Shown here one piece after another: positions 37,801 through 52,070 of a DNA stretch of 64,000 nucleotides. This DNA comes from Sphyrna mokarran (lineage: Eukaryota): contig JAGIQG010000018.1 in NCBI GenBank assembly GCA_024679065.1, positions 41,106,001 through 41,170,000 on the forward strand. Direction: 5' to 3'. Within the stretch, counting starts at the first letter, position 1. Each line of letters begins with the position of its first letter. A program made the position numbers and the translations under genes. The notes beneath the pieces were generated by a model that was given only the letters and a program-made list of their open reading frames with translations, ran no database searches and had not been told where the DNA came from.

Positions 37801-40585
37801 GGGTGTGATTTTGAGCCCGCACTCTTCGACTGTGGGAATGGTGACACCTGCTCAAGATCCAGAAAGTATGATACGTGCTGATGAATTTCCGATTCCATTC
37901 TGATCTTCCCGCTCCTCATTGGTGAAGTGATATGCAACTCATTGTGGAACCACAGAAAGCTTGTTTTAATATATTAGCATGCCATTAGCGACACTTCTCT
38001 GGGACTTCCTCCCTCACCAGACAGTCGGTGGGCACCTGCGTGATATCACACCAGTGCCATTTACAACAGCTCTATAGAAGCATGAACCTGGCACCTTCAT
38101 CTGCAAGGAGATTTCAGAAATGAACGTGCACAAGCAACCACCCACCTCTGGAGTGTGTACTGCTCAGGGGGCACCGGACAGGACTTGGGGAGTACACAGC
38201 TAAGTTCAACTTGGGGCCAGGGGTGGGGATCCTAGAATCATCATTTCAGAGAGTGAGTAGGGAGGGGTCACTTGCATATCTTACCTTTTCTTCATGTCCG
38301 GGCACCCCTTACTTTACAGGGACTGTCAGGCTGGTACAAAGGTAGCACTGCCGACGTCCTCCTTTTTGAGTTCCTATCCATATCACAGCTGATGGAATGC
38401 CCTTCCTTAGTGGGGGCTAGCAAGAGAGTGGAAAGGCTTGATAAAAGAGGCTCAGCACTGGGGGCAACTGAATTACCTGGGTGGGACTCCGACAGCTGGC
38501 TGGAAGGCTACGGTGATAGATTCAGGAATGGGCTGTGTCTCCCCACATGCTGCCCCACATGCTTGGATTGAGTAGAGGATGACTATAGTGTCACTGGAAC
38601 CTATGCTCAGGTAGCATTGTGAGGAAGAAAGTGGGGGGGGGGGAAGAGAACCTCCCCAGCAGTTGAAAACTGATTGTTAGGGATGCTTGCATGTAACAGT
38701 AGATCTTAATGGGTAATGGGAGGTTGCACAGCTCTTATGACCTGAGAAAAACAGGCTGCCCTCTAGGAATGCACTGGATATGTTAATTGCTGGCTTTGCA
38801 TGATTTAGTTGGGCCTCACCAGCCACAAGAGGCAGATACTTGGCTGAACAGGCATCCAGTTCAGTTATGCCAATAAATACTGCGCATCCAAAGCATACAG
38901 CCATTCAGTGGAGGCCATCTTTGCAAGTGTATGGAATGAGAGGAACTCACTGCTTGTGGCCCATAAACTCAAAGCCACTGAATTTCTATGCGAGTGGATC
39001 ATTCCAGGGCAGCACGGGTGAACTGTGTGGCATCTCCCAGTTGGCCACATCCAAATCCATCCTTGAGGTTACATATGACATTTGCATAAGAGCTCACACG
39101 TATACTAGCTTGGAATGGGACCAGGGGAACTACAGCCATGGGCTTCGCCACCTTCACAGGCTTTCCCCACGTGCACAGTTTGATTGGCTGCGCTCATGTG
39201 ACCCTGCATGTCCCAGGATGCCACATAAACTACCCCCTCAATGTGTAGCCTATCTGTGATCACACAGTGTGCCTCATGCAGATGTGTGCCCATTTATCAG
39301 GAGCGTCCATGACGGTTACATTTTGGGGCACTCTCAGATCCCCCCAAGCCATCTTTGAAGGAGAGTCACGGCTGGAGAGATGGCTCCTCAGGGACACAGT
39401 ACTCCCTCAAGAAGTGTCTGGTAAAGTCATTGCGAAGGTCACAAATACCAGCAGAGACTCGGTACAATGAGACTCATGTTTCAACATACATGCTAATAAA
39501 ACAGATAATTGGCCTGTTGAAGATACAGTTTAAGTGCCTGGACTGGTTGGGAAGGTGCCCTATAGTATCGACTCGAGAAGGCCTCCCACATTATTGTAGC
39601 CTGCTATGCTCTCCACAACTTGGTGCTGCAAAGAGGAAATCATGTGAACTTGGAAGAGATGGAGGAGAGCCACATGTCCTGGAATAAGGAGGATGATGAG
39701 AGTGACCACGCAAAGGAGGAGGCACAAGAAGCCTGGGCAATGTACGGAACCTGAAAGGGCCAACGTACTAGGACTGTCCTCATTGCGTCTCACTTTGGGG
39801 ATGAGCAGGACTAGGAGCGACTAACATCTCACCAGTGATGCAGTGCCAGAAGTGTGCTCCCATGCTGTTGCCAGGCATCGTGGGCAGGGCACTGAAGCTA
39901 TTGGTTGCACTTTGTGGGAGAATGATGATGACTTGCATTGAGGAAAGAATGAAGTTCCTCTCATCCTCAGCGATATAACTGATCCCTGTCTGCCACAGAC
40001 CTTAACAGATCCTGCCATTGAATGGGCTTATCATGTAGGATGTCTAGTGTCAGCTGCTACAGGCCCCACCTATGTCAAGGGCCCTGGTGTTCACATCCAT
40101 CTTACAATGGAGACAGGCAGCCGGACAGCCCTTGGTATCTTAACCATGACAGAACACTGATTGACATGAGGCAGGTGTGTTTGAGTGGAGGGAAATGAGG
40201 GGATTCACCCTTTATGGATGGGAGTTGGGAGATGAGCACTGGGAAGGGGAAATCCAGCAGCAGCACTTCCTTACTGCCAGTGTGGAAAGTACTTAGCATT
40301 ATCATTTCACACTTCTCAGGGATAAGATGTCAAGTGAGCATAGTGGTCCTCCCAAACTTGGTGGCATGAAAGAAGGGTGGAGGCTCTGTGGGTGAACGGA
40401 GCCCCTTATACAGAGCTCCCCAGTATTTGCAGCAATTCAGTCATTGCAGGGCAGGTGAATCAAAGGGGACACACTGCAATGATACATATAAGCATAAAAA
40501 TTATTACCAATGGGCATGAGATTCAGTCTGAAAATATGCTGGCGCAGTCAGTAGAAATCATTAGGTTTCATGCCAGAACCTGAAT
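37801..40585 (+). mobile_element. Decayed PIF/Harbinger DNA transposon with a transposase pseudogene at about 38860-39700
   Basis: LNFYASGSFQGSTGELCGISQ (38978-39040) and YNETHVSTYMLIKQIIGLLKIQFKCLD (39463-39543) match Harbinger/HARBI1-type DDE transposase blocks, frameshifted. Left terminus GGGTGTGATTTT; right end uncertain. Confidence 0.8.
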
Positions 40586-41814
40586 TACGAACTTGGATAG
40601 ATTTGATAGGAATGTAAACAGTTTTGTAAATAACAAAAGAATTTAGCAATTTTGAGATTATACTTGGGGAGGGGAGCATATAGAGAAATAAGTTAATGGT
40701 TATGTTAGTGATATATCATGATATTAATGATGTAAGTGTGAGGTAAGGTCAGATGACTAAGGCGCCAGAGAGCTAGATGAGAAACAATCTATGTCCCAGA
40801 AACTACGTACTTATTGTGAAGTCTGGTGAATGGTGTTAATAAATCATTTTTGGAAAACACTACAAACAATCTTAAGTCTCTCATATTAAATTAAATCTCC
40901 ATGAAACAATATGTTCCTCTCTGTATTGACCCTTAAGACCCAGATAATTCTTCCCAGTTCACGTTAAATGTGGCATGTCTGTCATAATTTTCAAGCAGCA
41001 AGTGCAGACAGGCATTTCACTGAGGGCCTCTAATGATCAGGAGGAAAACAAATTATTCCCATAAATGTCTAGTTTGGAATTAAATCCAGTTCTCAAAATT
41101 GAAAGGAACATCTTGCTGGATCACTTTGTAATTTTGAATACCTCAAGAATGTGAAGTTGAGTATTTTGAACTAAAACCTGAAAAGACAAGGGATATACAA
41201 TGCTGTCTCTTTAAAGCCAAAACATAACAGAAGCAAACAAAATGTTCTAATTCTCTCTATTTATAAATGATTTATTTTAATAATGTACTGGAATATCTGA
41301 AAACCCATGGACAGAAATGTTAACAGTGTATTACTCTTATTTGCACTTAAATGATTAATTTCAGCTTCCCCCCACCCCCAAGACTGCCCTCAGTTTGATC
41401 TGATGTTTAGACAAGGGAAATATTGACTTGGTCTTATTCAATAAAAAAAATCATATGAGTAACTAAGAGAGAAGGGACTTGAGATCATGCTGTCCAATTG
41501 GGTAAGAGTAAAAAGTGTTCCTGTTTATGATAGACCAATAATCCTGCTAGGCTAGTTTGCTTTAAAGCTAGCCTTAGCACATTTTTATCAAGAAAGGCTA
41601 GTATGCTATTGTAACTTCTTCATTTACAATGAGCTGACAACTTTTATGGAGACAGATGATTTGCACTTTTGCAGTAGAGATACTTCAAAGGACAGCAACC
41701 CTGCTGCTACAAGAAAAATAGTATTAAAAATTTCAACATACACACTAAATACACAGCCAAAAAATCCCAGTGTTTGTGCTGGCATATGTCTACCCATAGC
41801 CACTGCCCCTGATG

Positions 41815-42136
41815 ATTCATAGAGTCATACAGTGCAGAAGGAGGCCATTTGGCCCATCAAGTCTGCACAGACCACAATCCTACCCAGATGCTATCCCAGA
41901 ACCCCATGTATTGACCCTAGCTAGTCCCTCTGACACTAAGGGCAATTAAGCATGGCTAATCAAACTAACTCACACATCTTTGGAGAGTGAGAGGAAACTG
42001 GAGTACCCATAGGAAACCCACACAGGCACAGGACGAACATGCAAACTCCATACAGACAGTGACCCGAGCCAGGGATTGAACCGAGGTCCCCTAGTGCTGA
42101 GAGGCAGCAGTGCTAACCACTGTGTCACCGTGCCAC
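41815..42136 (-). mobile_element. tRNA-derived SINE, full length, CR1-type tail
   Basis: Antisense of the GGCACGGTGACACAGTGGTTAGCACTGCTGCCTC head; tail GATGGGCCAAATGGCCTCCTTCTGCACTGTATGACTCTATGA. Confidence 0.9.
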
Positions 42137-42449
42137 CAAAGTTCAAGGTCAGAGAACAGTACTGAGGAAAATGGTTTTGGCATGTCTCAGCTACAGACCT
42201 TTGCTGTGGGAGTAGGGGCAGGTGTTATCAGGATTCATCCTAAAGAATTGCAGATTCCCTGCGGCTCTTTACAAAAACGGTTAATTTCAAATCTCCCTTC
42301 TTCATAAAACACTCCCTCCTCTGCTCACCCATGCCCATCAACATCCTTGGCTGTTTCAGATAGGTGTTCTGAAATTGGCACAATTTGGGAAAGTAAATTT
42401 TAACTGAGATTTGTAGAAACAATCATACAAATCAATTTAAAATACCAAT

Positions 42450-42657
42450 CGTGGTGATTGTCCCTTTAAGGGCAACACAACAGATTAAGGGTCACCTGGC
42501 CTGGGTGACCAACTGGGACTAACGAGTGTAGAATCACCCAATATGAAAAATATTCTTAATTAGAAACATTTTGGGAGCCCATGCCGCTGCTGTAAAATGC
42601 TTAATAATAAATAACTTTTGTGTTCACTAAGAAAGTCTGTAAAAGTGAGTCTTCACA
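42450..42657 (+). mobile_element. Putative solo LTR, 208 bp
   Basis: Ends CGTGGTG (TG mutated) and TTCACA, internal AATAAA, flanked by CCAAT and CCGAT (5-bp TSD, one mismatch). Confidence 0.5.
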
Positions 42658-42959
42658 CCGATGGACACACAAATGAATCCACTTTGCAACCTTATACATT
42701 TCCCAGAAAAAAATATTTGACCTAACTGTGACTAATGCTGTGGCTTTGTGAAGTGTTACAGTTTTGACACTGGGGAGTTATCAAATTGGCATAGTTCCCA
42801 GAATTGCAAAAATCTTTGCAAAAACTGTTTGACAGCTATCCTGCCAGAATTCAGAATGTAATAAAATTCGGAACAGTGTAGGATAAAGTTAAATCTGCAT
42901 TTTGATGGTGTTTAGATTCTATAAAAGACAGTACCTTTTTGAATTTAGCATGCTTAAAT

Positions 42960-43620
42960 TCCAAGGGATCCTCTTCCTCCCATATCCCCAAACTCAAGCC
43001 ATTAAAAAATCTTACCTATCATCTGTTTATTGACTTCACACGCTTGCTCTTCTTCATTCCCCAAGACTGGTCTAGAATTGTATCTCCTCTCATTGGGTTT
43101 GTCTGTAATTGGTTGAAAAAAATTTCCTGGACATGCTGCATGAATTTTTCGCCTTCAGTGCCCCTTATATTGTTTGAACCCCAGTTGATATTGAGATAGT
43201 TAAAGTCTCCTACTATTTTTACCCTCTTGTTCTTACAGGCAGAAATTCACCAATATATTTGTTCTTCTATCTCCCTTTCATTATTTGGAGGTCTGTAGTA
43301 TGTTCCTAGAAGTGTGACTGCCCCTTTTTTATTTCTAAGCTCAACCCATAAAGCCTCATTTGTTGACCTGTTAGAATATCATCTCTGCTCACAACTGTAA
43401 TTGATTCATTAACCAGTAGTGTTACTTCCCCTCCTTTTTATCTCCCATTCTATCATATTTGAAAATTCTACAACCAGGGATACTGAGCTGCCAGTTTTAC
43501 CCCTCCTTTAACCAGGTTTATGTTGTAGAATTGACATGCTGCTGTCATTTGTCCATCTGTGCCATTATCTCATCTACCTTACTTGTAATACTTCTTGCGT
43601 TGAATTATAACAGTTTAACC
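42960..43620 (-). mobile_element. CR1 LINE endonuclease-region fragment
   Basis: Antisense of VVGDFNYLNINW...FMQHVQEIFFNQ...PMRGDTILDQSW remnants at 43060-43220. Confidence 0.7.
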
Positions 43621-43734
43621 CTATCAATTTCCCTTGCTGGACATTTTTTAAAACTTTGTTTTTCCTGTAATTCTAAGTCTATCAATACACCTTCTATATC
43701 ACTAGCTAATGTTCAATCTTCATTTCCCTGAAAG

Positions 43735-44470
43735 TCTCGGAAGCCTTCTATTGGTGCGGGCAGACAACGATGATGAAATCCAACATCAATTTCAATGCGC
43801 CAGTGTAGTCTTCAGACTTGAAGAAAGAGTGTTCAAAGACCAAGACCTCAAATCTAACACTAGCTCATAGTCTACAGAGTAGCTGTGATCACGCACCAGA
43901 AACATGGACACGATACAGCAGACACCTAAAATCCCTGGAGAGATATCACCAATGTTGCCTCTGCAAAATCCTGCAAACCCAGTGGCAGGACAGGCATTCC
44001 AATGCGAGCATCCTCGCTAGGCAATATCCCCACTATTGAGGCACTGGTCATGCTTGGCAAGCAGCAACGGACTAGCCACAATGTCCACATGCCCAACACA
44101 AGATTCCTGAAACAAGTGTTCTATTCCGAGCTCCACAATGTCAGGTGATTGCTCGGAAGGCAAAGGAAATTTTGCAAGAACACTCTGAAAGCCTCCCTAA
44201 ATTAGTGCAACAACACCATCTACGTGAGAATCACTTGCTTTAGAACACACAAACTGGAGAAAAAATATCTGCAAAGGTGCCAATCATCTAGAGAATCAGT
44301 GAGTCTAGCACGCCAAGATCAAGAAGCACAGAGTGCAGATTTCACCCACCCGCCTGCCCACCTCATCAAGCACAACCTGCTAGACCTGTGGCAGAATCAG
44401 GATTAGACTATTCAGCCATTCCCTGCAGTGGAAGGAAGCCATTCTCAGTCTTGAGGCATTGCCAAAGGAA
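43735..44470 (+). mobile_element. RTE-clade LINE 3' fragment
   Basis: ADNDDEIQHQFQCAS...RVFKDQDLKS...ETWTRYSRHLKSLERYHQCCLCKILQTQWQDRHSNASIL is the typical RTE ORF C-terminal block. Confidence 0.85.
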
Positions 44471-44974
44471 ATGATGAATCCACTCTGAATCCACTCTTTG
44501 CTCTTAATTTTTTAAAGGTATATTACAGAAAAGGTTGAACATTACTTGAAACAATCTCATGGGGCAATGAAATCAAATGAGCCACAAATGAGACTTCACA
44601 AACCAATGTGTCCCTTTAAGTTTCAGAATGTTTAATTTCGTCACATTAAAACATTGATCTCTGAAAATTTGCCAGGAAATGAGATTATAATTCCTAAAAC
44701 TGATTAACTTAGAACAGCTTTGTAGCAAATGGTTCAGGCACCAGAAAAGTCTATTACTTAAAAGATATTTGTAGAATACCTGAATTAGGTTTCTATCCAC
44801 TCTAGAATGATTAAAATTGCACCTGATATCAACGATTAAGAGAAAAACAGGAACTGTTGACAGATTTTTATCAATAAGCCAAATTTTAATTTCAGATTTT
44901 TTATTTTATGTTCTGATGTCAGATTAAGCCATTTGGGTGGGAATTTCCAGTTTTTTCAGCAGAGTGGCACAATG

Positions 44975-45520
44975 TTTATAAGTTGTAAGGTTATGCTGTA
45001 ATTATACAGGACCTTGGTGAGACCACATTTAGAATATTGTGTGCAGTTCTGGTCACCTCGCTATATGAAGGATGTGGAAGCACTGGAGAGAGTGCAGAGG
45101 AGGTTTATCAGGATGCTGCCTAGTTTGGAGGGTAGTATATGAGGAAAGATTGAGGGAGCAGGGGCTTTTCTCTTTAGAACAGGGGAGGATGAGAGGTGGC
45201 TTAATCGAGGTTTATAAGATAGATTGAACGTGCAGAGACAATTTTCTTGGGTGGATGTAACTGTTACTAGGGGGCATAACTATAAGGTTCATGGTGGGAG
45301 ATATAGGAGGGATGTCCAAGGTAGATCCTTTACTCAGACAGTGGTTGGGGTGTGGAATGGACTGCCTGTTGTGACTCTTTAGGAACTTTCAAGCAGTTAC
45401 TGGATAGGCACATGGAGCATATGATAGGGAATGGGATAGTTTGATCTTGGGTTTGGACATAGCTTGGCACAATATCAAGGGCCGAAGAGGCTGTACTGTG
45501 CTGTGTTATTCTATGTTCTA
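44975..45520 (+). mobile_element. CR1 LINE 3' fragment
   Basis: [40 protein letters not shown] read directly from about 45002; tail GGGCCGAAGAGGCTGTACTGTGCTGTGTTATTCTATGTTCTA. Confidence 0.92.
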
Positions 45521-45582
45521 TAACATGATAGAAAAATGGCTTGGAAGCTTCCAGCTCCAATTGCAGATTTCTCCATCGTATT

Positions 45583-45866
45583 ATAGAATCATAGAATCCC
45601 ACAGTGCAGAAGGAGGTCATTCAGCCTATTCCATCCAGCCCTATTCCCATAACCCCATGCATTTACCCTAGCTAGTTCTTTGGCACTAAGGGGCAATTTC
45701 GCATGGCCAATCCATCTAACCCACACATTTTTGGACTGTGGGAGGAAACCGAAGCATTTGGAGGAAACCCACGCAGACACAAGGAGAACATGCAGATGCC
45801 ACACAGGCAGTGACCCAAGCCAGCATGGTGATGCTTTAATGCTAACCACAGTGCCACCATGCTGCC
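45583..45866 (-). mobile_element. tRNA-derived SINE, CR1-type tail
   Basis: Antisense of the GGGCAGCATGGTGGCACTGTGGTTAGCA head; tail ...GGATTCTATGATTCTA. Confidence 0.88.
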
Positions 45867-48800
45867 CGAAGTATTATTTAAGCGAAAGTCGAAAAAAAGT
45901 TGAAAGGGTGTTTCCCATGATGCAGTGATGGTGAGGTGTGCTCTGATTGTGCCCATCCTGCCGGCAATTTAGATTATGGCACCTACATAAAAGATTAAAA
46001 ATAACCCCCTACCCCACCCAAGGCAACATGTCCTGCCCCTGCATTGCTCCTGGCAATGCCTGGGTAATGTCACCATGACACTCTCCCCCTGAATGATGTA
46101 TTCATCTGGGGGTTCTGATGGTCAGATGTGCACTTTGAGGGGCCTTTAATGTTGGCAATCCTACCCAATGAAAACACCCCACGCCTTTAATTTTGTGTTG
46201 TTCACTTAATCTTCCATACTTAAATGGAGGCTATGGAAACACACCTAGAACTAATATTAATACTATATATGCGTTACAGAAAAAATCCATATGAGAAGTA
46301 CAATGAACTTTCAAGGACATAACAACAAATTATTTATAAATGTACAGACATTTATAGGAAGTTAATTGAAGTGAAATTGCAATTGTTATTTATAAAGTAA
46401 AAGATGAATTAGTACCTGAAAATGTGCAAACATATGTGTACTATAAGGAATGATGATTCTGAATTAAGAGGGGAAAAAGAAACTTTTAAAAAGCACTGGC
46501 TGGAATTTTCTGGCCGTTTGAATTGGCAGGATCTTCTGGTCCTGCCCTTAGCACATCCCTGCTGCGGGTCTCCTGGCAACAAGAGATACATTTAATGGGA
46601 AATCCCGTTACCTGAAAATTTGTAAAGAATGTGGAAGCTGCCAGCCCCAGTGGTGGATTTGTCTGTTGTGTTATTCAAGTGATACTCTAAGGAAGTTGAA
46701 GGGGTGATTTCCATGATGTAATGCAACTGATGTGGGCTCTGTCACTGCCATGAGGGCTAGCAGCTTCTAGAAGATCCTGCTGCTGGCCTGCTCTGCTGCT
46801 AAGAAAGACATAGCGGATAGTGCAGAAATCTCTACCCTTTATATTTGCACCACTTTAAAGTCTTTGACCAGAATGTTACTGCTGTTCACAACAGCGGAAT
46901 TTTCCCATTCCACTGAACGGAATGGAGATTTGGCTGGGTGCCAAATTCTCCCATTTTGCTGCAGCAGGAGTGTGGCATGACCAGCTAGTAAGATGACGTC
47001 TTATGTGTATTTCGAATTGTGGGGTGAATCTTTGAAATGCTTTGGATGAAGACTTGAAAAGATGTACAAATATTTATTTATAGTTTAAAAAAGGTATAAA
47101 GGATCAAATTTTCAATTTCTATAAAATGAAGGAATAAGATGGCTGTATTGTGTTTATATGTCTTACGGAGGTTTTGTTAGCATAATAGGAACACAAAAAA
47201 GAGAAAAGTATGTGACTGGGAACTGGAAAATTATTAAGTACTTGAACTCTATTTATGATAAGGGGTAAGAATTTCTAGGTTTTACTTCTTCCTTCTACTT
47301 TTCGATCATGTATGTGTTATATATTATTTGGTATTTATTTTATTTATGTACTGTGTAAGTAGTAGTTATTATTTTGGCATGTTCAATGTTAGTGGGGTTC
47401 ATAAAACCCTGGGGTTTTAAAAACTAATAAGATTACTAAACAGGGAAATTAATTCAGTATATGGACCACAAGGTGCCTTATACTTATTTTATACAAAGAT
47501 GGTACTTGCATAGACACTCATGTGCCTACTGCCATGGAAATTAAATATATATTTTAGATTTAAACAAATATTTTTGAATGTATTGTACACCTTGTCTAAA
47601 ATGTAAATTGCAATGGAGCATTATAGGAAGAGTAAACTAGACAGACCACATTCTTTGGGAACCATAAGCCACATGTTATGTTTTCAGAAAAGTCATGGTA
47701 AATTCTCATACTCTAAAAAATGCCCAAAGTATATAAAATATTCAGTTCTTACTGATAATAAGGCAGAATGGAGCAGTGAGAACGATGCTTTTTCAATCCT
47801 GTGGCTTATGGTGGAAAAGTGCACTGAACCTTACAGATTTACATAAGTGAGGTTGCTTAAGTAACAGTGGGTAGGAACTTATGGATCCTGTAGACCAATG
47901 AATTCTAATTCTGCTAGAATAAAATGCAACTGGCCAAGGTGTATTAATGCAATTGGAGCATCCAGTTAGGATGACAGGGTAGGTGGGAGAAATGATTTCT
48001 TGAAAACGTATAACTGTTTTGCTATTGTGTGTAAACTTCAGAAAGGAGTTGCCATGTCCGACAGCCTTTTTCTCTGGATGTGTTAGTCAATAAATATGTC
48101 TTTAACCAGCATACTGTCTTTCACGAGTCTTAGTGTAAAGCTGGGTTCAGCTCAATACGTATCACTTGAGAGCAAAACCCTGCTCCATTCACAATAAGTA
48201 AATTGAAACAAATTGAATAATGATCTATCAGTTGTGAGTTCTCAATTCTCTGAAATTTGTTGAATCTGAACTTATTGACTGCTAAATTCAAAAGGTGTAT
48301 TAATGTTTTCTTTCAACACTTAACTGGTCAGTATACATAAGGTACATTTGCAGAAGTCTCACCTTGGCCTGGTTCCCATTTCATTGGTTAGCTGTATTGG
48401 TGTATACAATTGAATACCCCAATTATCTTCAAAACTCCAAGCATACTTTCAGATACGTGTTTTCATTGAAATGTTCTTAGCTGTTTTAATTGTGTAAACA
48501 TTATAAAAACATGCAGTTTGTGAAAGCTGACTGTTAAATTTCTGTATGTTTAGTTTATTTCTTTGTCCTCCATTGTTTGTTAAATATGTAAGTTACTCAT
48601 GCGCACTGCTACTTATTTGTACATGTTAATGTAATTGTAGAAGCAATTTTAATTATCATAATAAATGTTCCAAGGTAGGCATAATTACCAGTGTATCCAG
48701 GAACAAAGGAAGTCATGAACAATTTTCTCTATCTATAGTAACTACATTTAGCAAGATCTAACCGAACAGATAGCAGCAGAAACAATATGACTTTGCACCA

Positions 48801-51800
48801 TTTTCAATTTATTCTGATTTGCTTCCTAAAATAACTTCAACTTTACGCAAAAAAGTTCCAAGTCTCCAATTCATGTGAAAACAGGAGTAACTCCTGCTGA
48901 TTATTTTTTAGTGTGATTTTCAGATTGAATCTCCAATATTCTGTGCATTACAGGATGCTGTAGCATGATTCACCCTGGAAATCAGGGGCAGGGCCTATTC
49001 CTACTGGAGAGACAGCACCTTAGGCCATTGATTTGTTAGCACAGTGATTGCGCGTGCACAGTGGCCCTGCATTACCAATCTTCAGTTCTCTGGCTCAGCC
49101 CTGAAATGCCCCCATTGCCGCTCTTATGACCCCCAATCCCCAATCACTGGTCTCCTGGACCTCTCTGGACCGACCTCTATGTCCCCACTCCCTGGACAGC
49201 CCCGATCTCACTGACCCCTCCTACCCCCACAAAACCTAGCCAGTCCCAATCTTCCAAACTCACCCCAGCCCAACCTCCTTTGCCCCTGACAGTCCCCCAA
49301 CTCACCACCCTTCTGACAATCCCAACAACCTTGACAAACTCCTGACAGACCTGACACACACACCCCCCCTCCGCCGCCACCAGCCCTGACTCCCGACAGT
49401 ACTGACACCCACTTCTCACCCAGCTGGCCAGCCCCAATTGCCATCCGCCCTCCCTCTGCCACTGATTGCTGCTTAATGGCAGCGAAACTCTCCAATCTCA
49501 CCGATTGCTCATCTCAAAATGCCCTGCCCCCTTTGCTCCTACCCCCTTAGCACTGCCTGGAGGACAGTGTCAGGGTGCCCCTTGGGCACAGCCAATTTGT
49601 CCTTTGGGCAATGTCATGGTCCAGGTTGGCACTGCCTAAGGGGCACCCCCTTTACTCCCAGCCTCAGAAGAACCTTAATAGCCTCTATTCACTCCAGCAA
49701 GGTTGGCTGCCTCTTCCCCATTAGCGGGGAGCAGTTGTAAACCCTGGTGGAGTGAACCATCCTTGACAATGGGGGGAGGACACTAGTGGGACAGGAACTT
49801 CTGTCTCAGGCCCATTAATCAAATAGAAATCCCAATTAGCACTTTGAAATTAGCTCTGCGCCGATTTTCAGTTTGTGCTGATTATTTTTGGACTGGGAAA
49901 CATGCGAAGCCCCTGAAACTGCCTCCGTTGATGTATCCCAACCCGTTGAGCTGCTGGAATGGTGCAATGGGCTTGGTAGTATTGCCAGCTACAATTCTTA
50001 GCATCTGTTTAACTTACAGTAATGAAAACTTTTCCCTGTGTAATACTTTTACAATACAGTAGTGCATTGCAATATACTTCTCTGTGTAAAACAAAGCAGC
50101 AAAAGGACAAAGATTTTCCCTGTATTATAAGTGTTTTGAGAAAGTGAAGAGTGGCAGCAGAGCCCTCTCACAATGGTTAATAGAAACTCTTTAATGGAAT
50201 CAGTTAGCCTGTAGTCTATCGCCATTGAATAACTAGAATTGCATACTTGCCCATACATTTCCCATATGTGCCATAAGGACAAAATCATTAAAATTTCTTT
50301 TCTTGACTTATGTCACTACAGTTTCTCATAACACTTATAATATGGGGAAAATCTGTCACTGCTTTATTTTGCATGATGCTTGATAGATACTGTGATTCTC
50401 AAGTACTCATGCATCAATAAAGATGCTTTGATTTCAAAATAATTCTTGGAACAACAAAAAACTCTTCTGTGCATTCTTTACATGCAAGAAAATATCTAAA
50501 ATTACTTTCCAAGTGATTTTAGGCACAGAATGGCACAATCAGAATTCTAGTTGTAGATTCCAACAGGGAATAACACACAGCATGGTGACCTCACATTTAA
50601 GGGGAAAGAAACAGCATTAACTATAAATAAAATGCTAAGCTTATTCCCTTTATCTTTAGAGCTATCAGGAAAGGTTAAAGGCTGGTTTTTATTCAGCCCA
50701 TCATGATAGGAATCATGATAGCCAGGCCCACTTAAACTTGGGAGAGGAACTTCATCATCTCCTGCTGACAGCAAAACCTCCCTCTTTCCAAGCAAATGGG
50801 AGGGCAGAAGGTTCTGACGTAGCGTTCATGTCCACTAGCAGCACAATGTCAATTGGACTCATTAATGAGCCACTGGCAGCCATCATTCCTAAGCACTACA
50901 CAATTCAGCTGTGGCTAAGGGATTAAATGGAATCACGTGGCATTCCTGTGCTTCCCAGTAAATATTGTCAGGTTTGCCAGCAGCTTTCCAGGAGGTTCCT
51001 CATTATCAGGCACTTTGTGGCTGATCATAGGATTCAGCTTTGTGAAGAGGAGGAGTTGAAGCCAACTCCTGACCTTGACCCTCCCCCACTCTGTTCCCCT
51101 CACCTGCAATTCACCCCGCAATTCCCATCCCACCCTCACCTTTGACCTCAGCAATCCTAGCCTCTGGTGAGTGTATTACTGGCAGCTGCCACCAGTCCCA
51201 GTGGCGCTAATGATAACAAAGTTGCCATCTAATTGCTTAGCAGTTCTTGGTGGGAGGGATTTCCACTGCTGGGAGTCCTTAATCCTTGCAGGGAGGTGTG
51301 GCAAATGGCACATAATTAACTGCCTGATGGACACCTAATACCACTGGGCGTCCTTGAGCTAAGAGGAATTCCCTGCTTGTTTCCCGATCAGTGAGTGCAA
51401 CCCCCATCAAGCTGGCTAATTACAGCTCCATGATCCCAGTCCAACTATAGCCTGTAAACATACATGTAACTGACTGACTGAAATCCAATTGCAAAATGCA
51501 GAAAAAAGTGTGAACCTACCTGTATCCTCTACGCAAATAATTAGGTATGAATGTGGTTTTTTTTTAAATCAGCACTATTAGTTAAGAAGACAAAAAGAAA
51601 ACATCCTGAAACTTTTACAAAACAGGTGAGGGCCACAAAACTTTCCAGCAAACCCCTGCATAGTCACAGGAGAAGTCTGCTCAAAGATTCCCAAATTAAT
51701 ACAAAACCTGTTTGCAGCAGATCTTGAACTTTCACGTTTTTTTTATACAGCCTTGATAGGGCGATCTGCTATAATGCTACAAATTGTGTGTTTTGCATGT

Positions 51801-52070
51801 CATTTTTAATGACTTACCGTTGTCATTACCATTGACTATAAAGTTAATTGGACTAGTCATATAAACAGTCTGGTTACAACAGCAAATCAGAGATTGGAAG
51901 CTCTTGTGGAAGTAACTCAGCTTTAGAATCTCCAAGTTCTTTCCAACAGCAGTCAAGAGTGTAAAGGAACAATCCCCACTTGCTTGTATGGATGCAGTTC
52001 CAAAAACACTATCAGGGTCCAAGCAGCCTATTTCAACACCTAATCCACCAGTTTAAACATTCCTCGCTCC

